Under the pieces are notes generated by a model. That model saw only the letters and a list, made by a program, of their open reading frames with translations, did not search any database and was not told the origin of the DNA. From Phyllobates terribilis (taxonomy: Eukaryota): a stretch of 64,000 bases of DNA. The position numbers and the translations under genes are program-made. This document shows, one piece after another, positions 21,750 to 35,356 of the stretch (its first letter is position 1; the number at the start of each line of letters is the position of its first letter). Location of the stretch: NCBI RefSeq assembly GCF_046119375.1, contig NW_027362765.1, positions 379,812,001 to 379,876,000 on the forward strand, given 5' to 3'.

Positions 21750-23210
21750 CAGTGGGGAAAATAAGTATTTGATATACTGCTCATTTTGCAAGTTTTCCCA
21801 CCAGCAAAGAATGGAGAGGGCTGTAATTTTTATCATAGGTATACTTCATCTGTGAGAGACAGAATCTAAAAATAAAAAAACAGAACATCACATTGTATGA
21901 TTTTTTACATAATTTGCATTGTATTGCATGAAATAAGTATTTGATCACGGACCAACCAGCAAGAATTCTGGCTCTCACAGACCTGTTAGTTTTTCTTTAA
22001 GAAGCCCTTCTACTCTGCACTCATTACCTGTATTATTTGTACCTATTTGAACTCATTACCTGTATAAAAGACACCTGACCACACACTCAATCAATCACAC
22101 TCCAACCTCTCCACCATGGCCAAGACCAAAGAGCTGTCTAAGGACACCAGGGACAAAATTGTAGACCTGCACAAGGCTGGGATGGGCTACAGGACAATAG
22201 GGAAGCAGCTATGTGAGAAGGCAACAACTGTTGGCACAATTATTAGAAAATGGAAGAAACACAAGATGACTGTCAATCTTCCTCGGTCTGGGGCTCCAGA
22301 CAGTATCTCGCCTCATGGGGTAAGGATGATTCTGAGAAAGGTCAGGAATCAGCCCAGAACTACACGGAAGGAACTGGTTACTGACCTGAAGAGAGCTGGG
22401 ACCACAGTCTCAAACATTACTGTTAGTAACACTCTACGCCGTCATGGATTAAAATCCTACAGGGCACGCAAGGTCCCCCTGCTCACGCCAGCACATGTCC
22501 AGGCCCATTTGAAGTTCGCCAATGACCATCTGGATGATCCAGAGGAGGCATGGGAGAAGGTCATGTGGTCAGATGAGACCAAAATAGAACTTTTTGGTAT
22601 CAACTCCACTTGCCATGTTTGGAGGAAGAAAAAGAATGAGCACAACCCCAAGAACACCGTACCAACCGTGAAGCATGGTGGGTGAACATCATACTTTTGG
22701 GTTCTTTTCTGCGAAGGGGAAAAGACGACTGCACCGTATTGAAGGGAGAATGGATGGGGTCATGTATCATGAGATTTTGGCCAACAACCTCCTTCCCACA
22801 GAAAGAGCATTGAAGACGAGTCGTGATTGGGTCTTGCAGCATGACAATAACCCAAAACACACAGCCAGGGCAACTTAGGAGTGAGTCTGTAAGAAGCATT
22901 TCAATGTCCTGGAGTGGCCTAGCCAGTCTCCAGACCTGAACGCAAGAGAAAATCTGTGGAACTCAATGTCACCCAGCGACAGCCCCAAAATCTGAAGATC
23001 TGGAGAAGATCTGTATGGAGGAGGAGGCCAAAATCCCTGCTGCAGTGTGTGCAAACCTGGTCAAGAACTACAGGAAACATCTGACCTCTGTAATTGCAAA
23101 CAAAGGTTTCTGTACCAAATATTAACTTCTGTTTTTCTATTGTATCAAATACTTATTTCATGCCATAAAATGCAAATTAATTATGTAAAAATCATACAAT
23201 GTGATTTTCA
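21750..23210 (+). mobile_element. Tc1 (IR/DR type) transposon; left TIR complete, right TIR truncated
   Basis: TA|CAGTGGGGAAAATAAGTATTTGA start. Direct repeat aaataagtatttgat at about 21759 and 21931. The inverted copy of the inner TIR at 23141-23209 ends in a poly-T run. Confidence 0.92.
22116..23120 (+). pseudogene. Tc1 DD34E transposase pseudogene
   Basis: [25 protein letters not shown] (paired-like HTH), WSDETK, QHDN.PKH and SPDLN..EN motifs. Frameshift after KHGG at about 22680, in-frame stop at about 22876, further small deletions. Confidence 0.92.
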
Positions 23211-23559
23211 TTTTTTTTTTTTTTTTTTTTTAAGATAAATGTTATAAATCTTCAGCTTTTTTTCATTTTTCTTGGAGGGGATTATTTTTTTACATTTATT
23301 ACATTTTATATAGAATTATATTTCTTATATAATATGTCTGCAGCAGAGGACATCAAAGATCTCTGGGGACATTGAATTTGTATTGTTCAGGTTTTCACGA
23401 TGATAATCGGCCAACAAGTGTTAGTAGAAACGCCTGATTATCTGCGGGAGTACATATGCCGCCACTCACCCCGTGAAAGAACAATATGGCCATCACTGTG
23501 GCATCAGGAGGAGATATCATGATAAACTACCAAGGGTCAAGGATTCACTCTATATTTGT

Positions 23560-24600
23560 AAGGCTACAAGTAACATCCACAGCTCCCTATACACAGCACA
23601 ACACCTTCACAGCCACCAATATAGTATGACGACTCCCACAGTCCCCCCACTAAATAGTATTATGCTCAACACAATCTCACCCACAATAGGATGCCTCCAG
23701 CCTACAACACACAGTAAAATATCCTCACAGCTCCCCATACACAGTATGATGCCCCCACAGCTCCCTATACACAGTACAACACCCTTACAGCCACCAACAC
23801 AGTATGAGGACCCCCACAGTCCTCCAACTAAATAGTATAATTCCCAACACATTCTTCCTCACAATAGGATGCCCCCACAGCCTACAACACACAGTAAAAT
23901 GTCCTCACAGCTCCCCAAATACAATATGATGCTCCCACAGCTCCCTATACACAGCACAACACCTTCACAGCCACCAATATAGTATGACGACTCCCACAGT
24001 TCCCCCACTAAATAGTATTATGCTCAACACAATCTACCCCACAATAGGATGCCTCCAGCCTACAACACACAGTAAAATATCCTCACAGCTTCCCATACAT
24101 AGTATGATGCCCCCGCAGATCCCTATACACAGTGCAACACTCTCACAGCCACCAACACAGTATGACAACCCCCACAGTCCCCCAACTGAATAGTATAATG
24201 GCCCACACAATCTCCCCCACAATAGGATGCCCCTACAGCCTACCACACACAGTAAAATGTCCTCACAGCTCCATACACAGTATGATGCCCCCACAGCTCC
24301 CTATACACAGTACAACACCCTCACAGCCACCAATATAGTATGTCGAACCCCACAGTCCCCCAATCAAATAGTATGATGCCCTACACAATCTCTCCCACAA
24401 TATGTTGTCTCCACAGCCTACCACACACAGTAAGATGTCCTCACAGCCCCTTACATAGTATAAGGTCTCCACAGTACATTCCCCTCACATAGTATGAGGC
24501 TTCCACAGTAACCCCAAACAGTATGATGCCCACACACACAAAATGATAGCCCCCAAATTCCACCATGCAGTATGCATGAATCCCCTCAGTGTCCAACATA
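23560..24600 (+). repeat. About 180-bp satellite built from about 30-bp subunits (cacagctccctatacacagtatgatgcccc)
   Basis: cacagctccctatacacag-type blocks recur at about 23580, 23758, 23937, 24116 and 24294; the closest similarity is at about 359 bp spacing. Confidence 0.85.
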
Positions 24601-25009
24601 CAGTATGATGCCCCAACAAAGGCATCCCACTTGCCCGTGTGTCCTGCTTCTCTGGTCTCTGCTTCTAGTCACGTGACCTGAAGGCCCTTGTGCTGTAGGT
24701 CTTTCAGTATGTACCCGTAATGAAACAGCGGAGCAAGGAGCTGTCAGCTCCCTCCTCCATTGTTACATTTAACTGTATCTGTGTCCTCAGGACATACTGC
24801 CGACCTCCCAGGACAGTTCCCCATTTCTTATCACCACCAAAACTAATTGCCTCACCAAGAAGATAAAGTCTTGGAATGATGTAAATCACAGGATGGATAG
24901 ACATGTTAATGATATGAAAATGATAAAAAAAAATGAAAACGAAATGTTAAAAACATCTGGATTTATTCAGTATGGAGTATGAGCGCCATGTGCAGAAATC
25001 CTGGCACCT

Positions 25010-25375
25010 CCAGCCTCGGCTGCAATCAGTGAGGTTATTATTGGTCGTCTGAGGAAGGTTCTGCTGCTGAATGCACTTGGGCAAATCATCAAGATCTGCT
25101 GCTGCCAGCTCCAGTGTAATCACCGACTAATGATTTCCCTGATGTGCTTGATGGGGGACAAGTCCGGAGACTCTGCAGCTGCTCACAGTAGCAGAAGTGA
25201 CATGCAGCCTGGAGTTATTGAAAAATGACTCCTGGGACACTCACTTCTGAAGGTCACTTCATGGCGTTGCCCTTATGGTCTCCAGACCAATCTCCGGCTA
25301 TGATTGCATTTAAGACAAAAGCAAGACTCATCACTGAAGAGGACAGACCTGCATTCTAATCTCCATTACTATTTT
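25010..25375 (-). mobile_element. Deleted Tc1 transposase fragment (minus strand)
   Basis: Reverse complement encodes RSVLFSDES, SVPGVIF and AAESPDLSPIKHI, with internal deletions. Confidence 0.7.
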
Positions 25376-25379
25376 GGGA

Positions 25380-25760
25380 TAATGGTTTGGGTGGCATAAT
25401 GTACGGTATCCGGACCCTTCTAGTCTCCATTCCAGGTGCAATAACAGCTCGGCGCTACATTGATTTGGCTGTGGAACCAGCGGTGCGGCCATTTCGCTAA
25501 AGTGTGCCAGGAACCATTTTCAAAACAATAACACCAGCTCGCATGTTGCTTGTGCTACTGTGAGCCTCCTGCATGGCCTAAACCTGCTCCCATGGCTGCA
25601 GCATCTCCAGACTTGTCTCCATCGAGCACAAATGGGACGTCATTGGTCACTGATTACTGGCAGCAGTGGATCTTGATGATTTTCATGCCCAGGTGCATTC
25701 AGTGGCAGAACCTTCCTCAGATGACCATTAATAACCTCACTGACAGCAGCCGAGGCTGAA
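25380..25760 (+). mobile_element. Tc1 transposase 3' fragment (plus strand), inverted against the adjacent copy
   Basis: Degenerate MVWGGIMYG..LVSIPG..YID..VEP.VRPF and AASPDLSPIEH; about 25596-25756 is the inverted homolog of about 25016-25180. Confidence 0.7.
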
Positions 25761-27615
25761 AGAGCCGGGATTTCTTTTCGTGACGCTCAGACTCTAGACT
25801 GAAGAAAGTTCTTTTAAAGTTTTGTCTCCGTTTTTTCATCGTTAGTAGATCAGTAACGTCTCCATCCGGTGATTTACAGAATTCCATGACTTTTTCGTGT
25901 TGGAATTTCAATGTTGAAGAGTGTAAATTTGTGCTGAAATAATGGCAATATTCAGTGACCAAATAACAACGCCAATATGTTAATCCATCCAAGATCTGGA
26001 AACCATCCTGGCCCCGAGTAGATGCGGCTCTTTTGGGCACCTAAGAGGCCTAATACCTCCCTCCTGTGTCCGGCTGCATCTGATACGTTTCGTGGGGGTT
26101 GTGTTCACACTCGATAATGGTCCTTTATGGGGTCTGCGTGATTGCAAAGGCTGCGTCACCCAACCCTGCATTAAGGGGGTCTGGGCAGTTATGACGGCCA
26201 GATGGCCGGCTGGAGGGGCCGGCAAGCATAGTCGGTCCGGTTCATGGTTTTGGGAACTGGGGTCAGTGAGGCCGAGCTCATGATATGTTATAAACCTTAT
26301 TAAAGCTCAGCATAAGATCCTGTGGACGGCGGCTTTCCAGGCAGCTTACAGACGCTTGCACCAATGTGTAAAGATGTTGGGTTGCTGCTCTTTCCTGTCG
26401 CCTCACGTTAGCTCCAACGTGTGCTCTCCTCTTCCTCGTCTGTGTGAAGCCCCCACAGCATATGTGGCTTTGGCACGAAGCCTGACCTCATTTTTTTTTT
26501 TTTCCTTTGTTGCTTGCGATCGGGTGCTAAATGCGCACATGCACATAGGACGGGTGTGTCTAGCCTGTATTGTCAGCAGGGCCATGCAAATCGGGTGGGG
26601 TCACAATGACTCACAGACCTTTATAGGTGGCTCCACCAAAAATAGATAAATTCCTCAATTATTTTTTATTATATCCAAACTTTAACTCTGCAGGTTTCTA
26701 AAAAAAAAAAATAATTCCACTAACGGCGTCTCGTCCTTTAGGCCAAATACACTCTCAGTTCTATTATATTTCCTACTAATTTTGGTTCCGATCATGTCCT
26801 ATACTCCAATCACATCCAGAGCTGCATTCACCAATCTGCCGGTTGGCCAGACAGCAATTTGGCTCCACCCCCACTCACAGACATGTGACCTAACAGCTTA
26901 GCTTTCATTGGGCAATAGTTTCATAGGAAACCAGCTGAGATTTGGATGCAGCTCTGGCTGTGAATGGAGTACGAGATGTGAGGTAACTAATCCAGTACAG
27001 AATAAATAAAGCATGGACGGATAATAAAAACATTTTATTTTATTTTCCATGTACTGACCTGCCACGTCATATTTATTCACTGAACGGGTTTCAAACGTTC
27101 CATAAATAAAAACTATGGGCGAATAGAAGAGACTTTGTAATATGTGTTATCAGAGAAGTTGTGCTTCTTTTTCCACTTATGAGCCATTTCTTCTCACTCG
27201 CTGCCTCCCGAACGCATCGTTTACAGCTCGAATCTATCCTGCTCAAATCAAGACAGACTGACAGTTCACTGAGGGATCAGATCACAACTGCAGCAGCTTG
27301 AGAAAGAGGCAGAGAAAGACTCAGGCAGATCATGCTGCTGATTTCTAGTAAGTGTTTTATCACATCTCAGAGCTGGATTCACAGCTGCACTGCTCAGTAC
27401 CGCTGCATAATGTCCTCCATGCTGCTGCTGCATCTGAACTTATACTACTGAGAGACCGGGGAGCAGGAATTCCTCTGTATGGAAGATGATATATGACATA
27501 GCAGCTCCTCTCCACTCACTAGCTCAGAGACAACTGAAAATTAGAAATAGAGCAGGTATAGGTAAATATTTCCACTTCTCATAAATATGTATTTTTTTTT
27601 TTTATCTTGGTGTCA

Positions 27616-28462
27616 GGCTGTGTGCCCACGTAGCGTTTTTCAAGCGTTTATGCTGCGGAATTTCCACAGCGGAAACGCTTGTTAAACGCTAGGTAATCCG
27701 CACCCCATGGTCCCCAAGGGGATTCCGCATGTTCTATGCACATGCTGCGGATTTTTCCGCAGCGTTTATGCTGCGTACAAAAATCCGCAGCATGTCATTT
27801 AATTTTGCGGAAGTGCAGCGGAACTCCCGCCATTGACTTGCATTGAGACGCACAGAAACCGCGACTGTACATTTTTACAAGCGGCTTCTATGCGTCTCTA
27901 TGTGCAGATGGTACCCAGTTCTGGAGGAGAGGAGACTCTCATCCAGACCTGGGTACCATTGTACCTGTAAAAAAAGAATAAAATAACAAATAAAGTTTAT
28001 ACTCACCTTTCCGAAGGCTTCTCTTTGAATGCCAGCAGCGCTGAAGGACCTTCGGTGACGTCACAGTCATGTGACCGCAGGCCCTTCACCGCTCTGTCTC
28101 GCGATATGCCGGCAGCCGGGAACCAGCCAGGAACGAGCGCTGCAGCCACGCCGGGGCCTCGGGGGTGAGTATAGCTCTATTTGTTTTAATTTTTACGGTT
28201 CACACTGTATAAATCCATGCTGTTTGCTGTTTGCATGGATTTATACAGTGTGACCTAGTTGTCAAGCACTTTCCAAGTGATGCTATCGCCTGGAAAGCGC
28301 TTGTCAATCTGCATGCGGAAACACATGTGAACCCGCATGTGGATCCGCATGTATTCTGCAGGAAAAACGCATGTACAATCTGCATGCGTTTATTTCTGCC
28401 AGGGAGATGCAGAAATGCTGCAGAAATTTTCTGCTTCATTTCTGCATCGTGGGCACATAGCC
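27616..28462. mobile_element. PIF/Harbinger-type MITE
   Basis: TIRs ggctgtgtgcccacg / cgtgggcacatagcc with a 3-bp TSD TCA on both sides (27613-27615 and 28463-28465). Confidence 0.8.
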
Positions 28463-28804
28463 TCAATGTTGCTATTCTCCTGAATCCGGTGTTGTTTTTC
28501 TTGTGTTTCTGCGCCTCTCTGTTCCAAAGATATGGCCCCTTTTCCCCTGTATGTCAATCTGGTCTTGTTACCAAGTGGGTGTGATCATCATAAAGATGCC
28601 CACAGAGATGAGTTGAAGATCCCACCCACTTGACTAACAAGACTACATTTATATACAGGAAAGAAGTGGTCATATCTCAGGAACAAGAGAAAAACAGCGC
28701 CGGATTCAGGAGAACAGCGGCATTTACACCAGGTAAGAGAATGACATATTTATATTAAGTGTCAGATCCTTTTTAAAGGGTATCCTGTTCATAAATATGT
28801 GTAG

Positions 28805-30078
28805 TGTGACGCTCACAGCCCTCCCTGGGAGATGGGGGTACTCGGAGCCGGGTCAGATGTTTGGGGGGTTGCAGCCGTGGCCTGGACCAGTTCCGTGCCC
28901 AGGGCCGTCACATAAAAGGTTTAATGGGCTTTCAGGGTTTGGTGTTAATCGAGTGGATGTAATGACTAAACCACCTGTGGTTTATGGTGATCCTCCACCA
29001 ACGCTGCGGCAGTCCTCTGAGGTGGGATGTAGTGGCTGCAGAAAATGGTTCTACTCCCCACAGGCAGAGCAGGGCCTCAGGGCAGAGAAGACGGATCAGG
29101 GGAGTAGTAGTAGGAGATGTGGTGCGGTGCCGCGTTGCAATAAGGAACCGGAGGCAATAGATGCAGTCTTCCAAGCTTTACTCACGATGTTAGGTATCAG
29201 CTGCAAGGCTTCTCCTTGCTCCTCACGGCGCGCTGCGGCCACCAGGAAGGGGTTCAGCACACTCTGGGTAGTTCGGGTGCATGAATCAGGACCCCCGCAC
29301 CAGAGTGTTCCTAGACTTTCCCACTAGGTCCTCTCCTGTCCGTGTGTGGTACGTGTAGAAAGGCCTGGTCTCCCTCTGGACTATGCACAGAACAAGGGTA
29401 CGGGTGGCGACTCCGCTCCGTCCGTTACCCGGTGGGATCCACTGAGCCTCCGGGCTTCTCCGACTAAGTCTTAAAGTGACAGAGTCAGATATCGGGGGCT
29501 GGTACCCCTTTTGCAGCAGGAGTCCCTCTGACTAGGCCAGAATAGTGAGGACAGGTGGCGTATACCGCTCCATCCGCAACCCCTGGGATCCTTTTGCCTG
29601 TGGAGCTTGTCTCCTCTGCTCCCCTCCAGGCCTTCTTAGGTAAGGACCTTGACCGGGTTGAGACAGCCGTTAACTCTAGCCCGCTCCTCGCCTCAAGGCC
29701 AGAGCACGAGGACCGTGTATCCTCAATCAGCTGCAGGTTCACACAGAAAGAAACGTTCAGTGATGAAGATCACAATCAAAGACCATAAGCCCAAGATGGC
29801 CGTTTATTAAATATGAATTTTGTGGTGTAACCTAAAGTGCGTTCTCCACCCTCACCCACTACATGGTTCCCCCCATCTTTTGGTTCCCCCCATCTCCTCT
29901 TATCCCGGCTGGGGCAGCACCCTGGTGCATATAAGCCCCCCTCAGGTGGGAGAGGTGTAGTGTTGGGTGATGTGATGAGGTCCCGAGAGGTGGTCCTTCC
30001 TTACCTCGGACAGGAGATACCACACCTCGATCTGAGGTGCAGTACCTCTGTGGCGACTGAACCCTCAGGGGCGCCACA
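28805..30078. mobile_element. Solo LTR, 1274 bp
   Basis: TGTGACGC...GCGCCACA termini; perfect 5-bp TSD TGTAG at 28800-28804 and 30079-30083. Confidence 0.88.
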
Positions 30079-30900
30079 TGTAGCATATTAATAAGGTGAA
30101 TTTGATGTCTGCAGTGCAGATTTTGAGGGTGCAAATAAATAAAAGAATGGGGTCCTAGGTCCTATGTGGTCATCGGAGGAGACAATTGTAGAGTCATGAA
30201 TGTCAAATTATTCATCTAATATTGGAACATTTCAGCAACATTTACATTTGCCGTTGCATTTTTCACCATTTCTAAGATCTCTGCTTCCTGCCGGTGAATG
30301 GAATGTATGTGCCATATGCATATCCTAGAAAGCATGGACAGTCAGGTGGAAGAACGGTGTTAGGTCTTTACCCTAAATGGGGCAATGTGGGCAGTGGTAT
30401 AACGAAGATCGTTAGCAAAAATGCAAAATCTGCTACCAAGTCCCCCAAATATTATGGATCTTTACTAGTATTGCTCTTTGTATATTGGCCATCAGGACCT
30501 TGTGGGTGCCCCTTTGGCTCCAGGGACCTAGTATGACTGCAACCCCTGCACCCTCTACAGTTACACCCATGAGTGTGGCATATGCCAATGTTGTACTTTT
30601 TGCTACAAGTCCTTCTAAATTTTACAAATTATCCTTCCTGGTTATGTTTAACTTGCAAAAAACACAATACAATTGTTACATGTGAACACGGCCTTAAAAG
30701 GGGTATTCTGAGATTTTTTTTAAACTGAGGTAAAGGAGAGGGAATGTTTTACAAGAAATAACCATTATATTCCCTTGGAATCAATAGCTTCTGCAGCATC
30801 ACCACTCTTGGTGGTTCCTGCCATTACCAGAAGTGATGACATCTCATCCATCAGTCAACTGCCAGCTGTAACTAATCAGTGGCCTCAGCGGTGAAGTTTG

Positions 30901-31402
30901 TGTTTCAATAAGGGGCTCACTAGGTGAGGTGGATCCTCAAAGCCCAAGGTCTGGGTGGGCACATGGCCACGGGTGTCGCTACAGAAAATGGGGGAGACAA
31001 ACATGACACAGATACTGGAAACCACAGGCAGGATGGAGACGTCCTGGAGACCACAAAAAGGCAGAGGAGACACTGGAAACTGCAAGCAGGCAGGAGATGT
31101 CCAGGAGACAACAGACAAGCAGCTAGGATGGTGGAAATCACAGGCAAGCAGGAGACGTCCAGGAGACCACAGACAGGCAGGTCAAGGTGAATAGGGAAAC
31201 AGTCTTAGAAACACTGAAGTCTTAATACCAAGACACAGGTGTGTGTGTCTTGGTGAGCCTCATATAGGCCCAGGCAGATGATCACATGGGAGACCGCGGG
31301 GCCATCTGCAAACCTGACATGGAGCAAAACAGTGTTTAGCAGACCAGGGAGAGGGAAGCAAAGTACGGATCTGGGACATGCGACCACGGAGGCCAGGTGA
31401 CA
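30901..31402. mobile_element. Solo LTR-like element (family shared with 44.9-45.7 kb)
   Basis: TG...TGACA termini with flanks GTTTG / GTTGG (4/5 TSD). Segments gctcactaggtgaggtggatcct and ataccaagacacag..ggtgagcct.atataggccca are shared with the 44937-45700 copy. Confidence 0.7.
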
Positions 31403-33677
31403 GTTGGATAGAGGTCATCACTTACACGAAAGGCTGGGACTACCAAAGTAGTGGCCTAGAGTGATTAGGGCTTATACACAGAAATCCTCTACATATCTAA
31501 CCTATGAGGGAATACCATAAATGGCTTGTCGCACTAAAGGTCATCAATCACTTAGAGCCACGGGGATCCACACTAGAGTTAAGAAAAAAGATTTGCAAGT
31601 CCTTGGTCCAGCGGCCACATTGGTAGTCCACTGACACCTTGCGAAATTCCAGCCTACCGGCATCACTGGTTGCACGAATAACCCAACACTGGACCTACTA
31701 ACCAGCAGAGGAGTTAGGGATGCTAGCAGGAAGGAGAACTTTCATCTGGCAGCCACGGACTACCTGTGTGGCTGATGGAGCGGGATCCATTATAATCTCT
31801 ATCGATCCCCAGAACAGGGATCCAAAATTTCTTGTTCCTCCTCACTGCTCGACCCTAGGGTCTGACGAAGCCCACCACATATGATGCTCAGCCACTTCTA
31901 CCAGCTCCATGGACATTGCACGACCACCGCTCTGTTCCAACGCATCCAGTCAGCTGGTTCTAGTGATTGATGGAGGGTCCGAGCAATCAGACATCTCCTA
32001 TTCGGTGGCTTGGTGATACGTGTCCTACAAGGAACAACATCTGTAGAGTTCACACATCGGAGTTTCTGCAATCGTTGAGACTACACAACGACACTTGTCA
32101 CGCGACACTAAGATTGCGGTGTGACTTTGTAACATGGCATGTAATCATTTCCTATGGCTTTGTGACCTGCAGCATCTGCAACAAAGTCACCGATATTTAC
32201 AAACGTGTTGGATTCTCTTGTGCCGGTTGCACGTGACTCGCTTTGCTCAGACTGTGGCTACAAGTGTTGCGCAACCAAAAACATTTCTGCAACGCCTATG
32301 TTAAAGCTGCGATTCTGCTGCATGAAGAAACAACCAAGTCGCATGCAACGTGCAGTGCAGTTTACGGCAAGGCAGCGACACAAAGTCTAACACTTTGGAA
32401 ACATCTGCAGCTCTGTGATGTAGTCGCAGGTTGCAATGCGACACCAATAATTAGTTGCGATGTTGCAATGCAACACAACAGTCACAATGTCGTGGGACAA
32501 ATGTCGCCATGTAGCACCGGCCCAAGGAAAACGCGACATGATTGCAACATGTAGATCATGGCTGGCGGAGGTCGTCAGCGTCCCCAGGTGCTCACATAAC
32601 TTTTTTTCTCCATGTATGCTGTATATATAGGTATTTCTTCCTCCCCGTATACTGCATTAATGATCATGTGACATGTGAACGACACACAAAGGATGTCCCA
32701 GCATGCTTTGCAGCTGGATCTTGAAGATTAATGCGAGGCTTTTCCTGCGTCGCCTCCTGTGGCCTCCGGGTAGACGCCCTCTGCAGATACATTTACATAT
32801 TTCCCAGCTGTCCCTCCATGGACATAGATCATCTCCTCCCGCCCATGATCTCATTACATAGGATCCTGTCGGGCTCAGTATGCGACACTCTGCAGAGTTT
32901 AGTTATGAGATCGGGTATTTTACCCAGAATGCTTCAGTCCTGTCTATACACAGCATGGTTGTCAGGTGTCAGCTCACAGCAGCCATTGAAAGTTTGCTGG
33001 CGGCAGCTTATCTTCCTTAGGGCCTAGCGGCAGGTGCAGATCCGTTTTGGGTTTGCAGAACAGGACTTCATTGTTTCTTTGATTCTCCACTTTTTATTGT
33101 TTTTTTTGTCCATTTTTCGCATAGCAAAAAAAAAATGGAACTTAATATCCTGAGTGTCTACAAGCGACTGGTCCATTAGAAACGAACAGTAGACGTGCGA
33201 CAAATCCAGGTCTGGATAAGGTCAAAGGACATTGAAATTCAGCACGGTCGACCCTTTTTATACAGCTAATAAGATGGTCAGCCGATCCTGTCGAATTTGG
33301 TTGGCTCAGCTGGCGAAATCTCTGATGTACATGTACGTCATAGTCAAGGTGCGGAGTGTATGGAGCGGGCTCAGGAGCTGAACTCGCTCCTTACAGGAGA
33401 GGAGCCGGCTGTGTTATACAGCCAGCACCTGCCCCTACTATCAGAAATCACCGCTGTCCATCACTGATGGTGGAATTTAGATTGTTCCTCACCGTTTGCT
33501 CATCAGACCCACTGAGAAGTGATTACGGGGTGCCGATGTATTGCCAAAGGCCCGCCATCTTGGTCATCTTATGAGCGTCATTGTGATTTTTTTCCATGAT
33601 ATACTGCAATAGTAAAGTATTACAGTATATAGGACAAGCACACGTACAAGGTGCCTAGATGGACCAGAAAAGAATAA

Positions 33678-33718
<41 letters not shown>
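33678..33718. repeat. Compound (TA)n(CA)n microsatellite
   Basis: Directly visible. Confidence 0.95.
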
Positions 33719-33722
<4 letters not shown>

Positions 33723-34149
33723 AGTAAAAAAATAAATGGAAATATCCTGTAAAAATGAAAATCTCCACCCTGCTCCGATAACCCATCCAGACCAGATTAG
33801 ATCTGCTATAGTCAGATATATGAAAGTATTTAATTCATTGTAAATTAAATACATTGGTAAATACTGGAGGAGAAAAAAAAAATAACCCAAAATTTTAAAT
33901 TGTTTGAAAAAAAAAAATAAAAAAAGGAAAAAAAAATCAAAACGTTGTATGCATCAGTAAGCTCCAACTCAGGTTAATCAATGGAAAAGTAAGAAAAAAA
34001 TGTTACTGGTCTCACACAATGGCTACACAAACATTTTTTTTTACCTATAAAATATACAATATATTTTTTACTGCTGTAATACGACCGACCTGGAGAATTT
34101 TATATTATAAATATATAAAATTGCTGATAAAGTGTAGCATGTCTAATTA

Positions 34150-34285
34150 TCTATCCATATTCAACTATCCATCCATCCCTCCATCCCAATGATCATCCAT
34201 CTCAATTATCCATCCATCACTCCATCCCTCCTATTCATCCATTCCCAACTATCCCTCTCTCCCACCATCCCTCTATCATCACATT
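34150..34285. repeat. Degenerate (CCAT)n simple repeat
   Basis: Runs of ctatccatccatccctccatccc. Confidence 0.75.
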
Positions 34286-35072
34286 ATTGCTGATCTAGTG
34301 AGAAATTTACAGAGTACTTCACCGCCATCTGCTGTCCATACTCAGGTATTACATGCTAGCTAACGAGAAGACTCTAATAATCCATATGAATCCCTGTTTA
34401 TATACAAATACATTACATGTAAAAATAAAACGAGAACAGCCAGAACCTTTCATGTCCTCACAGAGGCATATAATATCATAGGAGGTAGATGAGAACAAAG
34501 TAAAAACAGCTCCATAATAAAACATGATGCAAAAGGGCAGGTTACAGTAGTATATGCAAACATTACGTTCAGGGCTCGGGCTGCACGGGTCCAGTACAGC
34601 GCAGGGGATATGTCGGTGTATTGTCTGTGACAGCACATAGAAGTGTATGACATGATTACATAGGCAGATACTGGGATCATTGCCTGTAAGTGTCCAATCT
34701 GTATAACATTGTGTAAGAACCCCAAAAGTGATACATTGTGTCCCCCCCCAGTGTCAGTATGTGATTATTACTCTCAGTGTCAGTAAGACCCCCTACAATG
34801 GACTAGTGCAGCAAGTAGCATATAGCGGTGTATATTGTTATAGGACATGCATTGACTGTAGTGACATTTCAACATTCCCCCTCCCACCCAAAACACCGTC
34901 CCCTTTAATATATACAGTATACCCCCGTGTTCTGCACCTCTGACATCTGTAAGTCCTCACCCCTCCGTACGGTGAAAGCGACATAATAACGTCTCAGAGC
35001 ACAAATGGTTAAAATGAGCCAATCAGATGCTCAGCCCAATCGTTATGCCCCCAAAGCACCGAGTATGGACAC

Positions 35073-35356
35073 TTAAAGGGATTGTCTTATAACATATCTC
35101 CGAGGCACAGGATAGGTGATAAATGTAGTATTCTCAGGACCCTAACAAATCAGGAGAATGGAGGTCTCATGGAGCGACAGTGAGCATGAACAACCGCTGC
35201 TCCGTTCTCTCTACAGGGGTGGTGGTCGCACATGCTCACTGCCGCTCTACTCGCACAGAGGACTTTAGGGCTTCCGTTCTCAGGAGCGGTGCAATCATGC
35301 ATTTATCATCTTTCCTGTGGATAGGAGTTGTGTAGTTTATGGGACAACCCCTTTAA
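35073..35356. mobile_element. TTAA-target MITE
   Basis: ttaa|agggattgtc ... gacaacccct|ttaa termini. Confidence 0.65.

Noticed and set aside
26070-26480. Penelope-type hammerhead ribozyme motifs (cgaaac on the minus strand, gaagcc hairpin; similar text at about 31862)
   Set aside because: No complete CUGANGA plus GAAA core with pairing stems could be assembled by eye.
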